A DNA stretch of 64,000 nucleotides from Octopus vulgaris (GCA_951406725.2 OX597823.1:108128001-108192000); one strand, 5' to 3'; counted from the stretch's first letter, positions 1 through 13,828 are shown. The notes: generated by a model from the sequence alone, not told the origin. A program made the numbers and translations.

Positions 1-407
1 TTGTTTACATTATATTTGTCTTTTGAACATTATCACAAAGTGCTAATCGCCCCTCAAAAGCATGTAAAATAGCCGTCGATAGTTTTTAAAATACCATTCT
101 TTAATGAGCCCTCCTCATCTCCCCTTTCTTTTTCCATTCTCTCGTTTGAACAAAGAGAAAGGTTGGTCTGTTCGGGAAACGTGTTATACAAGTCAAATGA
201 AAATTGGCTAGCAATTACAAACCTTGAATTTCATTTAATTTAGAGAGCAATTCTTGCATCCAAATTGGTCTTAATTTGATGGAATTTCGAGATGACTTTT
301 TTCTGCACTTTGGCTATTTGCTAAATCTGACTAACAAAGTTTATTAAAATACCAACTGATTATTATCTGAGGGAGTGGGTTTAAATATATCTTTATGTAT
401 ATATATG

Positions 408-464
<57 letters not shown>

Positions 465-504
465 CCACACATATATTGATATATATTTGTATGTATGTAT
501 AAAC

Positions 505-537
<33 letters not shown>

Positions 538-777
538 CACACATACATACATATATGTATATATATATATATATATACATACATAAACGCACGCATGTAT
601 GCACTTATACATACACACAAGCTCAACAATAGTAGCAATACCAGAACAATCAAAAGAAAAAATATTAAGTATAAGAGCAAGTACTCCATGGAAATGTGGA
701 ATGTTACACACAAAACTCATACACACACACAAACACACACCAACACACATACATACGCACTCACGCGAATACTCGCG

Positions 778-878
<101 letters not shown>

Positions 879-1046
879 GTATATATAACTATATATATTT
901 ATATATATATACATATATATACACACGTATATATGCATACATATGTATTTATATACACATATACATATATATATATACATATACGCATATATACACACTC
1001 ATATATATGTCTGTATACATGTATAGGTATAGATATAAGATGTATT

Positions 1047-1093
<47 letters not shown>

Positions 1094-1184
1094 TGTTCAA
1101 AGGTGCAGAAAACAGGAGACAGAGACAGGTAAGGAGGGGAAAACAAGCAGGTGTATTAGTTTGACGCTTGTGAAAATGGAAAAG

Positions 1185-1216
1185 TCTTTGACGTTTCGAG
1201 CCTACACTCTTCGACA
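1185..1216 (-). ncRNA. 5'-clipped minimal hammerhead-like motif, CUGUNGA-core family
   Basis: Minus strand reads a-UGUCGA-A-GAGU(guag)GCUC-GAAAC-GU-C-AAAGA. C3 and the 5' arm of stem I are replaced by an adjoining RTE-tail fragment. Confidence 0.55.
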
Positions 1217-1518
1217 TCATCATTTTAACGTCCAGTTTTCCATGGCTGCATGCGTCAGACTGATTCTATTGATGCAGTTATACAACAGCTAATTTCGTTC
1301 CTGTGACCAATCCTTACTCGTTTTCAAACAAAGTAGTATTTTTTTCATGCTCAGGTATGTTTTCGCAGAATATTGGAAAGGAAAGACCTTAATTTACAAC
1401 ACTTTTACGATGTTAAGACAAGGAAACACAGACATACCCCCTCATACACCCACACATGCGTACATATATATAATTCAAAACAGTTTGATTAGTATTCCAT
1501 ACTACATCAAGTTTCGAA

Positions 1519-1680
1519 GCACGCCGTTAGCACGCCGGGCGAAATGCTTAGCAGTATTCCACCGAGGTCGACTTTGCCTTTCATCCTTTCGGGGTCGATA
1601 AATTAAGTACCAGTTGCGTACTAGTAATCGACCTGCGTCCCTCACTGAGCATTTCAGGCTTTGTGCATAGGGTTGAAAAT
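1519..1680 (+). mobile_element. SINE family B (Meta-domain-like core), internally deleted copy
   Basis: Contains gttagcacgccgggcgaaatgcttagc and gaggtcgactttgcctttcatcctttcggggtcgataaattaagtacc, shared with about 10 other loci in the window. Confidence 0.8.
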
Positions 1681-1734
1681 ATGTCTCGGTAGCCACTACA
1701 CATTTTTTCTCTCCTTGTTTTTGTTTCTGTGTCC

Positions 1735-1770
1735 CTTTCTGTAGAAGAGCGTAGGCTCGAAACGTAAAAG
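1735..1770 (+). ncRNA. Minimal type I hammerhead-like motif with A6U core variant, inside a Penelope-pLTR-like repeat (about 1680-1858)
   Basis: Stem I CUUU/AAAG; core CUGUAGA plus A; stem II GAGC(guag)GCUC; GAAAC; palindromic loopless stem III AC/GU; cleavage triplet GUA. Confidence 0.65.
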
Positions 1771-1853
1771 ACTTTTTCAATTCCTGAGCATTATACTAAT
1801 ACATCGGTTTGTTTTGTACACCACCTGTCTTCGTCTTTTGTTTTCTTCGTAAA

Positions 1854-1915
<62 letters not shown>

Positions 1916-2082
1916 GGTCTGACCACTAAGAAAAAATTGTTCTCAAGAAAAATCAGCAAACGCCAGAACATAAGCGAACAAGACAAATACTAGATTTCAT
2001 TGTTACCATTCACATATTCACATACGTAACTGTCCGCAATTCATCTGTGCGACCGTCATACAATATATATATATATACATAC

Positions 2083-2155
<73 letters not shown>

Positions 2156-2340
2156 AGAGAGTAGACAAGATAAATAAGGACGCTGGACACATTTATGGGG
2201 AGTTACATGTATGAATCAAGACAGTTTAATTCAAACTCCTTACTACTCTGAGCTTCAAGCGTGATGCTAATCTTCGGCCATCTGACTATCTGTCTATCTA
2301 TCTAGCTATCTATCTATTTCTCCTCTCTCTCTCTTTCTCC

Positions 2341-2388
<48 letters not shown>

Positions 2389-2390
<2 letters not shown>

Positions 2391-2769
2391 CGGGAAGCTT
2401 TATGAAAATAGACAAAAGACGAAGGCAGGTGGAAAACAAACAAACAATTGTATTAGTATGGCGCTCAGGAAATATAAATAAAACAAGTCTTTAACGTTTC
2501 GAGCCTACGCTCTTCAACAGAAAGATACACAGAGAGAAAAAAAACACAGAAAGAAGGAGAGAAAAAAAATGCGTGCAGTAACTAACGAATCAACATGGCG
2601 ATCTGATTTCGGCCAGAGGTCAAAGATCAAACATGAGACGCGAGAGCGAAATAAGGGGAGATAATAGGGTTGATAATAGGGTTGAATGACCAGCTATTAG
2701 TGCGTAGGAGGGGTCTGGACGTGTGTATGTATAGGGTTGGTGTATGTATTAGTATGTATTAGTATGCAT

Positions 2770-2806
<37 letters not shown>

Positions 2807-3058
2807 AGAGAGTATTAGTGCGTAGGATAGGTCTGGACGTGCGTATGTATGGGGTTGGTGTATGTATTAGTATGTATTAGTATGTATTAGTACGTATTAG
2901 TATGTATAAGGGTGTGTGTGTGTGTGTATGAGAGAGTATAAGTGCGTATGAGGGGTCTGGACGTGTGTATGTATAGTATGTATGTATTAGTACGTATTAG
3001 TATGTATTAGTTGGTGTATGTATTAGTATGGCACATCATATATGATGTGATGTGTAAA
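2389..3058 (-). mobile_element. Non-coding Penelope-pLTR-like repeat carrying a hammerhead-like motif and three ~120-bp tandem subrepeats
   Basis: Inverted homologue of 1700-1858 that abuts (TA)n. The subrepeat agtgcgta(g/t)ga..ggtctggacgtg occurs at about 2697, 2815 and 2940. Confidence 0.55.
2488..2525 (-). ncRNA. Minimal type I hammerhead-like motif with A6U core variant
   Basis: Minus strand reads UCUUU-CUGUUGA-A-GAGC(guag)GCUC-GAAAC-GU-U-AAAGA, with a 5-bp stem I. Confidence 0.65.
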
Positions 3059-3298
3059 GTCGTGTGGTGTAGTGAGGAGAAGAGGGAGAGGGGAGAGGGG
3101 AGAAGGGGAGGGGAAGAAGAGGGGGGAGGAGAGGGGAAGAGGAGAGGAGGGGGAAGAGGGAGGAGGAGGGGGAAACGTAAAAGACTTTTTCAATTCCTGA
3201 GCATTATACTAATACATCGGTTTGTTTTGTACACCACCTGTCTTCGTCTTTTGTTTTCTTCGTAAACTCTCCCAATATATATATATATATATATTTAT

Positions 3299-3341
<43 letters not shown>

Positions 3342-3729
3342 TAGATAGAAAGAAGACTTTTTTTTTTTAATTTCCGTCTACGAAATCCACTGTAAAGTTT
3401 TCAGTCGGCATAAGTAGAAGTGTGTGTGTGTGTGTTTGCGTGTGTGCGTGTGTATGTGTGTACATATGTATGTATGCATGTACATACGTATGTATGTGTG
3501 TGTATGTATGTACGTATGTTTTCCTTTAATCATTAATTGTGATTTTTATCGGCCACCAGTTTTGCAGCAAGGTCGTGAGGTTGCTTTGTTTAGCATCCTT
3601 TTAAATCCTAAGAAGGTTTTGTATGTTATTATTGTACCAGATATCTGATCGTTTGTAGCGCACGAATCAAGGAGCTGCTGTCTATCTATCTAGCTATCTA
3701 TCTATTTCTCCTCTCTCTCTCTTTGCTTC

Positions 3730-3779
<50 letters not shown>

Positions 3780-4688
3780 TGATGATGATGATGATGCTGA
3801 AAAGTTTCAAGCTCTATGCTATCAGCACGCAAAACTAAATGCAATACCCAATAAATACACTGGACCTGGAGGGACTGCAATCCCAGAGGCACAATCAGTG
3901 CGAGACCTGGGTATTTACATGAGTGATGATGCAACCTTTCATGTGCATGTTGCTAAATTGGCAATGAAATGTAGGCGGCTGACCGGATGGATTCTTAGAA
4001 CCTTCAGAACAAGAGACCAGGAAACCATGATGGTCCTCTGGATGACACTTGTCCTAAGCCACCTTCACTATTGCTCTCAGCTATGGTCATCATCCAGTGT
4101 CAAGTTAATCACAGAACTTGAGGCGATCCAACGAAGCTACACGAAGAAGATAGTGCAGCATATAAGCTATTGGGAAAGACTCAAAGATTGAGACTCAAGA
4201 GATTAGAGCGTAGGCGAGAAAGATATGCCATAATATACATCTGGAAGATCCTAGAAGGACTTGTGTGGCATCGAGAGTTACACAAATGCCAGAACTGGGC
4301 GCCACTGCATAGTGCCAAGGACTCCAAATTTGCCATCAAGATGTAGGTCAAGATACTGTGATAGCTTGGGCTTCCGAGGCCCACAGCTCTTCAATATCCT
4401 CCCGAAGAACCTAAGAGACCTGCATGGGGTGGATGCAGATGGGATCTCTTCTTGTCAGGTATCCCAGATGAACCAACTTCAAGGCAGGAGGTGCAGATGA
4501 GGGCAGCTGCATCGAACTCTCTCATGCACCAAGTCGTGTGGTGTATGAGGAGAAGAGGAGAGGGGAGAGGGGGAGAAGGGGAGGGGAAGAAGAGGGGGAG
4601 GAGGGGGGGAAGAGGAGAGGAGGGGAGAAGGAAGGGGAGAAGGAGGGGGAGGAAGGAGGAATATATATATATATATATATTTATATAC

Positions 4689-4721
<33 letters not shown>

Positions 4722-5130
4722 CAGATAGATAGAAAGAAGACTGTTTTTTTTTCAATTTCCGTCGACGAAATCCACTGTAAAGTTTTCAGTCGGCATAAGT
4801 AGAAGTGTGTGTGTGTGTTTGCGTGTGTGCGTGTGTATGTGTGTACATATGTATGTATGCATGTGTGTGCGTATGTATGTGTGTGTATGTATGTACGTAT
4901 GTTTTCCTTTAATCATTAATTGTGATTTTTATCGGCCACCAGTTTTGCAGCAAGGTCGTGAGGTTGCTTTGTTTAGCATCCTTTTAAATCCTAAGAAGGT
5001 TTTGTATGTTATTATTGTACCAGATATCTGATCGTTTGTAGCGCACGAATCAAGGAGCTGCTGTCGCTCCCCCCAAAACCCATGTTCATCCATACTTCGT
5101 CCCAAGCTGATAGGAACTTCTCTTTGCTTC

Positions 5131-5183
<53 letters not shown>

Positions 5184-5965
5184 TGATGATGATGATGATG
5201 CTGAAAAGTTTCAAGCTCTATGCTATCAGCACGCAAAACTAAATGCAATACCCAATAAATACACTGGACCTGGAGGGACTGCAATCCCAGAGGCACAATC
5301 AGTGCGAGACCTGGGTATTTACATGAGTGATGATGCAACCTTTCATGTGCATGTTGCTAAATTGGCAATGAAATGTAGGCGGCTGACCGGATGGATTCTT
5401 AGAACCTTCAGAACAAGAGACCAGGAAACCATGATGGTCCTCTGGATGACACTTGTCCTAAGCCACCTTCACTATTGCTCTCAGCTATGGTCATCATCCA
5501 GTGTCAAGTTAATCACAGAACTTGAGGCGATCCAACGAAGCTACACGAAGAAGATAGCCTCTGTGCAGCATATAAGCTATTGGGAAAGACTCAAGAGATT
5601 GAGACTCAAGAGATTAGAGCGTAGGCGAGAAAGATATGCCATAATATACATCTGGAAGATCCTAGAAGGACTTGTCCGAAACTTTGGCATCGAGAGTTAC
5701 ACAAATGCCAGAACTGGGCGCCACTGCATAGTGCCAAGGACTCCAAATTTGCCATCAAGATGTAGGTCAAGATACTGTGATAGCTTGGGCTTCCGAGGCC
5801 CACAGCTCTTCAATATCCTCCCGAAGAACCTAAGAGACCTGCATGGGGTGGATGCAGATGTCTTTAAAATGAAACTGGATCTCTTCTTGTCAGGTATCCC
5901 AGATGAACCAACTTCAAGGCAGGAGGTGCAGATGAGGGCAGCTGCATCGAACTCTCATGCACCAA
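3059..5965. repeat. ~1.45-kb tandem duplication (3059-4532 and 4533-5965)
   Basis: Near-identical ORFs 3424..3648/4807..5031 and 3898../5302..; the junction reads catgcaccaa|gtcgtgtggtgta. Confidence 0.9.
3796..4532 (+). pseudogene. CR1-like LINE RT C-terminal fragment, first (deletion-riddled) copy
   Basis: Translates as RDLGIYMSDDATFHVHV..GWILRTF..YCSQLWS, with small deletions relative to the second copy. Confidence 0.8.
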
Positions 5966-6070
5966 ATGGCAATTGCTAAAAAGCATTCGTGAAGTAAAAT
6001 CATGTAGCAACACCAAATGGCGGTGACCCAGCATGGCCACAGCTTGTGTGCTGAAACTAGATAAATAAAA
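5200..6070 (+). mobile_element. 5'-truncated CR1-like LINE (RT thumb region plus 3' UTR)
   Basis: 225-aa ORF 5302..5979 with DLGI, GWILRTF, YCSQLWS, LERRRERY, FNILP and FKMKLD..L..IPDEP motifs. The 3' UTR ends ggcggtgacccagcatggccacagc..gctgaaac followed by an A/TAA tail. Confidence 0.88.
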
Positions 6071-6091
6071 AAAAATAATGATAATAATAAT

Positions 6092-6235
6092 AAAAACAAT
6101 ACCTGTTGTCATAGGTGCCCTGGAAGTGATAGCAAAAGGAACTGATTGCTACCTAACTCAGATACCAGGAAACCCAAAAATGGCAGAGATTCAAAGGATA
6201 GTGCTCATGGTAACTGCTCATATCCTACGCGAAAT
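6092..6235 (+). mobile_element. R4/Dong-like LINE C-terminal fragment
   Basis: KTIPVVIGALEVI..IQRIVLMVTAHILRE matches the end of the element at 39829-41315 (TIPIIVGALG..TAHILRR); it follows a (TAA)n tract. Confidence 0.75.
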
Positions 6236-7160
<925 letters not shown>

Positions 7161-7203
7161 TTATATATAAAAATATGTGTGTGTATGTATGTATATACAT
7201 ATA

Positions 7204-7370
7204 GGTGCACGAGTGGCTGTGTGGTAAGAAGTTTGCCTCCCAGCCACATGGTTCCGGGTTCAGTCCCACTGTTTTCCACCTTGGGCAAGTATCTTCTACT
7301 TTGGTCTCGAGCCGACCAAAGCCTTCTGAGTGGATTTGGTAGCCGGAAACTGAAAGAAGCCCGTCGTATG

Positions 7371-7401
<31 letters not shown>

Positions 7402-7590
7402 TCGTCCCCCACCACTACTTGACAACCGTTGTTGGTGTATTTCCGTTACTGACACTTAACAGTTCGACAAAAGAGAAGGATAGAATAAGAATCTGACTTA
7501 AAAACAACAGTACTGGGATCGATTTGTTCAACTAAGCTTCTTCGAGGAGGTGCCCTAGCATGGCTGAAACAGGTAAAAGATTAAAGACAC
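7204..7590 (+). mobile_element. SINE family A (tRNA-derived head, central microsatellite, CR1-like tail)
   Basis: Head ggtgcacgagtggctgtgtggtaag..ggttcagtcccac (A/B-box-like), cttgggcaag core, and tail ggtgccctagcatggctgaaac. Confidence 0.85.
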
Positions 7591-7727
7591 GCATACCTGT
7601 ATTTATAGCAAGGTATATGAGCAGTGTTCGTTTTCGCTGTTTAGCTTTTCGGTAGGGTTTGACTGAGCACAAAAGAATCAAAGATATTCTTGCTGTGGCC
7701 ATCACTGTCATCCTTACTGTATGTGGC

Positions 7728-7955
7728 CGAGCACGAGCTGGCAGAATCGTTAGCACGCCGGGCGAAATGCTCAGCAGTATTTCGTCTGTCGCTACGTTCT
7801 AAGTTCAAATTCCGCCGAGGTCGACTTTGCCTTTCATCCTTTCGGGGTCGATTAAATAAGTACCAATTAAGCACTGGGCTCGATATCATCGACTTAATCC
7901 GTTTGTCTGTCCTTGTTTGTCCCCTCTGTGTTTAGCCCCTTGTGGGTAGTAAAAA
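7728..7955 (+). mobile_element. SINE family B, near full length
   Basis: Runs gagctggcagaatcgttagcacgccgggcgaaatg...ccccttgtgggtagtaaa. Confidence 0.88.
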
Positions 7956-7977
7956 AATATATCTTGATGAAAGAAGC

Positions 7978-8730
7978 CCTCGCATCTTGAAACCAAAGAT
8001 AGTCGTTTTTCTTCTAACGCTGAAGCCGCTCAAGCTGCTCACAGTAGTTCTCCTTTGTTATCGTTTGGTTTGGGTTTAAAAGTTCAAAGTTGACTACACC
8101 TGTCATATTCCACCAAACAGATAACTACATCTTACGTGGGTGAAGGCCTTCTTTCGCCTGGGGTGCCGGTGTTTCTCCTTTCCCTACCCACTGTCTTTGG
8201 CGCTTGACATTTTCATAGAGAACCCATTTCTCGTCACCAATCATTTTTCGGTTCAAAAAAAGGTTCATTCGTGAAATGTGACAGCAAAGATTAGACTCGG
8301 AAAGTTTGTGAGAACCCATTGACCCCATTTGGTGGCTTTTCCGATGGCACACAGGTGTCGATGAATGGCTGAATGACCAAATCCAAGCTTCTCTGCTAGT
8401 TCCTCAACAGTTACGATGGGAATTTTGTCCCACCAGGGTTTGAAGGACGTTCTTGTCGAGCTCTACAGATCCTCCAGGACGAGGCTCGTCTTCTAGGATG
8501 TAGTTTCCGGCACAGAATTTCTGAAACCACCGCAAAATATGCCGAATATGCTCCTTTGTCACTTCCATTATAGCTTTTAAAGAATAACTGTTAAAATCGA
8601 ACTACACTCTTCAAACCTTGCACTTAGAATAAGGACAAGGTAAAATTATTACCAGCTTTTATAGCCAGCTGGTGCAGGTAGTTTATCCCGTCCCCCTCCG
8701 ACTTTTAATTCATGCAATTGAAAATACCTG
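7978..8730 (-). mobile_element. Degraded mariner (DD34D-type) transposase, 5' half
   Basis: ORF 8125..8352 contains GDEKWVLYENVKRQRQW...LHPRKM, the mariner first-Asp and HPKK motifs; frameshifted upstream. Confidence 0.85.
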
Positions 8731-8859
8731 ATTTTCACAGGAGAGCATATTTTTTCTCGTAGGTTGAACAAACTACATCTGTGTTCACCAAGTTTGTGGT
8801 CTTAAATCGTCCAACCTCTAACTTTAAAATAATTAGTATAGATTAGTGTTGTAGTTTTG

Positions 8860-9240
8860 TCCTGGGGCTAGGTATAACTGAGGAGTCGAATGATCGATGT
8901 CATTCCAGCATTGGCCATAACGTTTGCTGTACTTCTAAGTCGATACTGTTTAATGCGTCCTTTCAGTTTTCAGTCAGTGAGATGTGGTTTGATGAAATTT
9001 TGACTGTGATTTCTAGCAAATCGAATGACAGCTTCGAGGCTGTCGCTGATTCGATGTGTGGTGTTGTTGTTTACCCCAAGGCCAACTCTGATTGAGCAGA
9101 CTTATGATCAAAAGTGTTCCATCCATGACCATCCTAATTTACTAAAAGGTGTCTAAGGCAACATTATGCTACTTGTTCTTCTTCGTTTCAAGATGTCAGA
9201 GTGTAATTTGACTGCTATGACTAGCAGGGCTAGTGATCAC
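8860..9240 (+). repeat. Old unclassified interspersed repeat (other copies near 43570-43760, 44690-44880, 51120-51250, 61430-61820)
   Basis: Recurrent diverged motifs gttgtttaaccc..ggtca..cctgat..agcagac.tatgatcaaag and gatttg.ctg.tatttctagca, on both strands. Confidence 0.55.
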
Positions 9241-9455
9241 GATCGGAAAAGCTAACAAAAAACAACGACAAAAAACAAAAAAGAAGACAAATAAAAGTGA
9301 ATGAGGAAATGGCAGTCAAAGATGATGCTAATGTTTGAGTGGTTACATCATTTTCACATTCAGCTAAATACCAACATGTAGAAGGTGACTACATATGTTT
9401 TTAACTTTCAAAATACTCCCATTAACCTATAGTCCGTAGTGGAAGAGAGGACTGC

Positions 9456-9488
<33 letters not shown>

Positions 9489-9888
9489 TGCGCTGCTGTT
9501 GAACATATCTTTAACAAGAAGAATAACCTGGATCCGCCTCACACACATTTGTGACATTTGAAATATAGATGTCAACAAACAACAAATTTACTATGGAGTC
9601 TTTTTTTTTTTTACTCACCGAGGCGCGGGTATGTCGATGTTTAAGAAGCTTGCTTTACAACCACGGAGATTCAGGTTCAGTCCCACTGCGAGGCAACTCA
9701 GGCAGATGTCTTCTACTATAGCGCCTTGCCGACCAAAGCCTTGTGAATGGATTTGGTAGACGTGTGGAATGTGATGTGTGTGTGTGTGTGTTTAGTTCAA
9801 AATGATACAAGCAACAAAAGACAGAGATTGGTGAGGGAACAACAAACAAGGTGTAATATTTTGACGCTCAGGAAAAATGGAAGAGGTC

Positions 9889-9922
9889 TTTGACGTTTCG
9901 AGCCGATGCTCTTCTACAGAAA
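9889..9922 (-). ncRNA. Minimal type I hammerhead-like motif with A6U core variant
   Basis: Minus strand reads UUU-CUGUAGA-A-GAGC(aucg)GCUC-GAAAC-GU-C-AAA, within the same host repeat (about 9800-9975). Confidence 0.62.
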
Positions 9923-10326
9923 TGAATAAGTAGAGAAAACAGGAGAAAGGAAAAAATGGAAAAAATAAAACGTGTCTGGATTAACGATTACTCTCTCTCT
10001 CTCTCTGTCGCTCTCTCTCTCTCTCTCTGTCGCTCTCTTTCTCTCTCTCTCGCTCTACATACATACATACATACACAAACATAAATACATGCATACATAC
10101 GTACATACATACGTACGTACGTACATAATACATTCATGCACACATACATACATACATGCATACATACATACATACATACGTACATACATACGTACGCACA
10201 TACATACATACATACATACATATACACACACACGTACATACATACATATATAATACATACATGCAAACATACATACATACATATACATGCTTACATACAT
10301 ACATTATACATACATACATACATACA

Positions 10327-10360
<34 letters not shown>

Positions 10361-10511
10361 GGTGCAGGCATGGCCGTGTGGTAAGAAGTTTGTTTCCCAG
10401 TCACATAGTTTAGGGTTCAGTGGCATCTTGGGTAAGTCTCTTCTACTAAAACCTTAGACCCACATAAGCTTTATGAGAGGATTTGGTAGACGGAAACTGA
10501 AAGAAACTCGG

Positions 10512-10566
<55 letters not shown>

Positions 10567-10780
10567 CTATGTGTGTATGTTCGTGTCGGTGTTTGTCCCC
10601 CACCACCGCTTGAGAACCGATGTCGGTGTGTTTACATCTCCATAACTTAGCGGTTCAGCTAAAAGACTAATAGAATAAATACCAGACTTAATAAAAAGAA
10701 ACAATTACTGGAGTCGATCTGTTCGACTAAAACCACTCAAGGTGGTGCCCCGGCGTTGCCACAATCCAATAACTGAAACC
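10361..10780 (+). mobile_element. SINE family A
   Basis: Head ggtgcaggcatggccgtgtggtaag, central (TA)n, tail ggtggtgcccc..actgaaac. Confidence 0.82.
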
Positions 10781-10849
10781 ATCACACAAATATACACACA
10801 CGCACTCACACAGAGACAGACAGGCAGATAGACAGAAACACACACACGA

Positions 10850-11095
10850 AGGCAGCAAACTGGCAGAAACGTTAGCACGCCGGGCGAGATGCTTAGCGGT
10901 ATTTCGTCTGCCGTTACGTTCTGAGTTCAAATTCCGCCGAGGTCGACTTTGCCTTTCATCCCTTCAGAGTCGATAAATTAAGTAGCAGCTACGCACTGGG
11001 GTCGATGTAATCGACTTAATACCTTTGTCTGTCCTTGTTTGTCCCCTCTATGTTTAGCCCCCTGTGGGCAATAAAGAAATAAGAAATAAGAAACA
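10850..11095 (+). mobile_element. SINE family B
   Basis: Full head and body, ending in aataaagaaataagaaataagaaac. Confidence 0.88.
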
Positions 11096-12620
11096 GACAC
11101 ACACGCACACACAGATGTTTTAAAAGAAACTTAAATACTTCTACTTGAGTTGCTTCCAGTGCATCACGGAAACTATCTCTCATTGAAATATCTTCAAAGA
11201 ACATCTACGAATGTATTAAGAGCTGCTAGGGCTGTGGTACAACCATGTCAGCTGGTATGCAGAATGGTATACGGCCAGTTACACATAGTCATCATTCATC
11301 TGCTAAAATGAAGAACGCTTTGAGGAAATGCGAGATCAGACACACAACTCTGAACAACCATTTAGTGGAAGAGAACCAAGGGTGGTGCGACCATGGCACA
11401 CGCAGGTTCTAAAGTTAAGGGGAGGGAACACATAAAGGAAATGGCACCGTATCACATACCAAACAATTTTTTTAACTAACTCCTTTTTATAATACGCGAA
11501 ATATTTCAGTAGTCTTAAAATACGTAATTGTGGTCTCGTTTCATTAATTTCATGTTTCAGCAACATTATATGGTTATGTATGAAACTGACAACTACTGAT
11601 CTAGGGGTGACTTGAAAATGGCCTAACTGCATGGGATCGTCAAGCGTCGAGAGATTATGACGTCAGGGTTTGTTTTGGTTCTTCAGATGTCAACAGCTAC
11701 AAACACAGCACACGAGATTGAGCAGATCAAAAACACAGGTGGTTGGTCAAATAGAGTAATGATTCCAGAAAGTTCTTACAATGCCACGTGTTAAAAAAGA
11801 TTCATTTTTATCGCATAAGTCAATTAAAGAGTTTTGAAAAATTGCCAAAATAACACCAATTTTGAAAAATGTGCTCATGGCGACCGGTCTCTCCCTTCAG
11901 TTTCCTACTAGCTACGCCACTGGGTCCATGACTACATCCATTATTGCCATCACACACACTATATATGTAATGTGTGTGTGTGAGTATGAATGTGTATGTG
12001 TGAGTATGTGTGTGCGTGAGAGGGCGAGTGAGTGAGTGAGTGAGTGAGTGAGTGAGTGAGTGAGTGAGTGAGTGAGTGAGTGAGTGAGTGAGTGGGTGGG
12101 TGGGTGAGTGAGTGAATGAGTGGGTGAGTGAGAGCGTGGGTGTGTTTGTTCCCGTGAAAAATTTCAGTATTGCAAATTCTTCTGCACGTTTTTTTTTCCT
12201 CCCGAATCTTCAACCATAATTGAGAAGAGATATGACCAGCGTGTTAGATTGTTTTATGGATCCGTTCGAGTCTCGCAATTCTCAGTGACTTCATTTCTCA
12301 TGTAACCAATGTAAAGTAATCAAGTCTCATGTGGAGTAACTAAATGAGCTTTTGAGTCGAGTAAAATGTGATTTGACTGACCAGATCGTGCAAACATCCA
12401 AACAGACATTGCAAACTGTGCACTTCAGAGTTTTATGAAGTGTTTTTTTAAACGTTTCTTATCTCAATGAACATTCTGAACTGATTTCTGTGTGCGAAGA
12501 GGATTTCCAATACCGAAGCTTTCTGAACCATTCTTTGTGTGACTTTGATTACTGGAGACTAACAGGAGTGGTATTCTTTTGTGTTTAGAATGGAATTTGA
12601 TACAATTAGAAGATATATGC

Positions 12621-13010
12621 TCTTTTTTTCTCTTTTTACTTGTTTCAGTCATTTGACTGCGGCCATGCTGGAGCACCGCCTTTAGTCGAGCAAATCGACC
12701 CCGGGACTTATTCTTTGTAATCCCAGTACTTATTCTATCGGTCTCTTTTGCCGAACCGCTAAGTTACGGGGACGTAAACACACCAGCATCGGTTGGCAAG
12801 CGATATTGGGGGGACAAACACAGACACACAAACACATATATATATACATACATATATACGACAGGCTTCTTTCAGTTTCCGTCAGCCAAATCCACTCACA
12901 AGGCATTGGTCGGCCCGGGGCTATAGCAGAAGACACTTGCCCAAGATGCCACACAGTGGGACTGAACCCGGAACCATGTGGTTGGTTAGCAAGCTACTTA
13001 CCACACAGCC
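12621..13010 (-). mobile_element. SINE family A, young (CpG-rich) copy
   Basis: Reverse complement of the family A structure with CpGs intact; tail ggcggtgctccagcatggccgcagtcaaatgactgaaacaag. Confidence 0.9.
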
Positions 13011-13828
13011 TTTACAGAATTTTTTTAATGCTTCAAGATTTCGTATTTCTTCTAATTGCTCTAAAATGATTTCCTTGAATCACTTTCGAGAAAAAGAAAC
13101 CAAATTATTCAATGAGATTGATTTCTCAACTTCTTGATAATGTCGTTCATAAATATCGGTTGTAACTGAAACACGAAATTTCAAATACAACTTGTATGGT
13201 TTGCACTTTTAGATTTTAGGAAGTTTTGTAGTTTTTCTGTCCTTTCTGAGTTTGTTACTTGTTGGCATGCAGATTTCCTAGGCATAATATTCATTCATAG
13301 GCCATCCGAGTTAAGCTGGTTTGTGATTTATACGAGTGACGTCCATTTGAAAAACTGGTGCAAACACTCTGTCACACGATATATAGATGTGTTTTGTGAA
13401 TACTTCACAACTTTTATAACTGTTACTGCACACATGGGGTAGATGTGTTTATCATCAGTGGGATTTGTCGAAAATAATTCCTTGAAATGATAGTTGTAAT
13501 TCTGTGATAGAGATATGAGTATATTTCTTCCTCACAAATTGTTCACTTTTTGCTCAGCAGTTTTGCATCCTTGTAGACCGTTGCATATTTCATAGTTTTA
13601 CATGCTTCACTCTCCCAGTTATTACACACTAACTTCTCCCAGACATTTTACTTTTCCCTTTCTTTTTTTTTTTCAATAGTGTTTTCTTTTGCTCTTCCTG
13701 TAAACCTAAAGCTTCTGGCTTTCCAACATTTTATCGAATTGTTTATCTTTATTTCTGAAGGTTCAGAAGAAACTGCAATAAAGTTAGTAATACTAAACTT
13801 TTCAGTTTTATTTTGCATTTGTTATATT

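Noticed and set aside
9430-9540. (CTG)n tract as a poly-Q/poly-S exon
   Set aside because: No recognisable protein context and only weak splice signals.
11360-11922. hAT-like MITE ending in ctagctacgccactg
   Set aside because: Only one convincing terminal repeat; no matching left end or 8-bp TSD was found.
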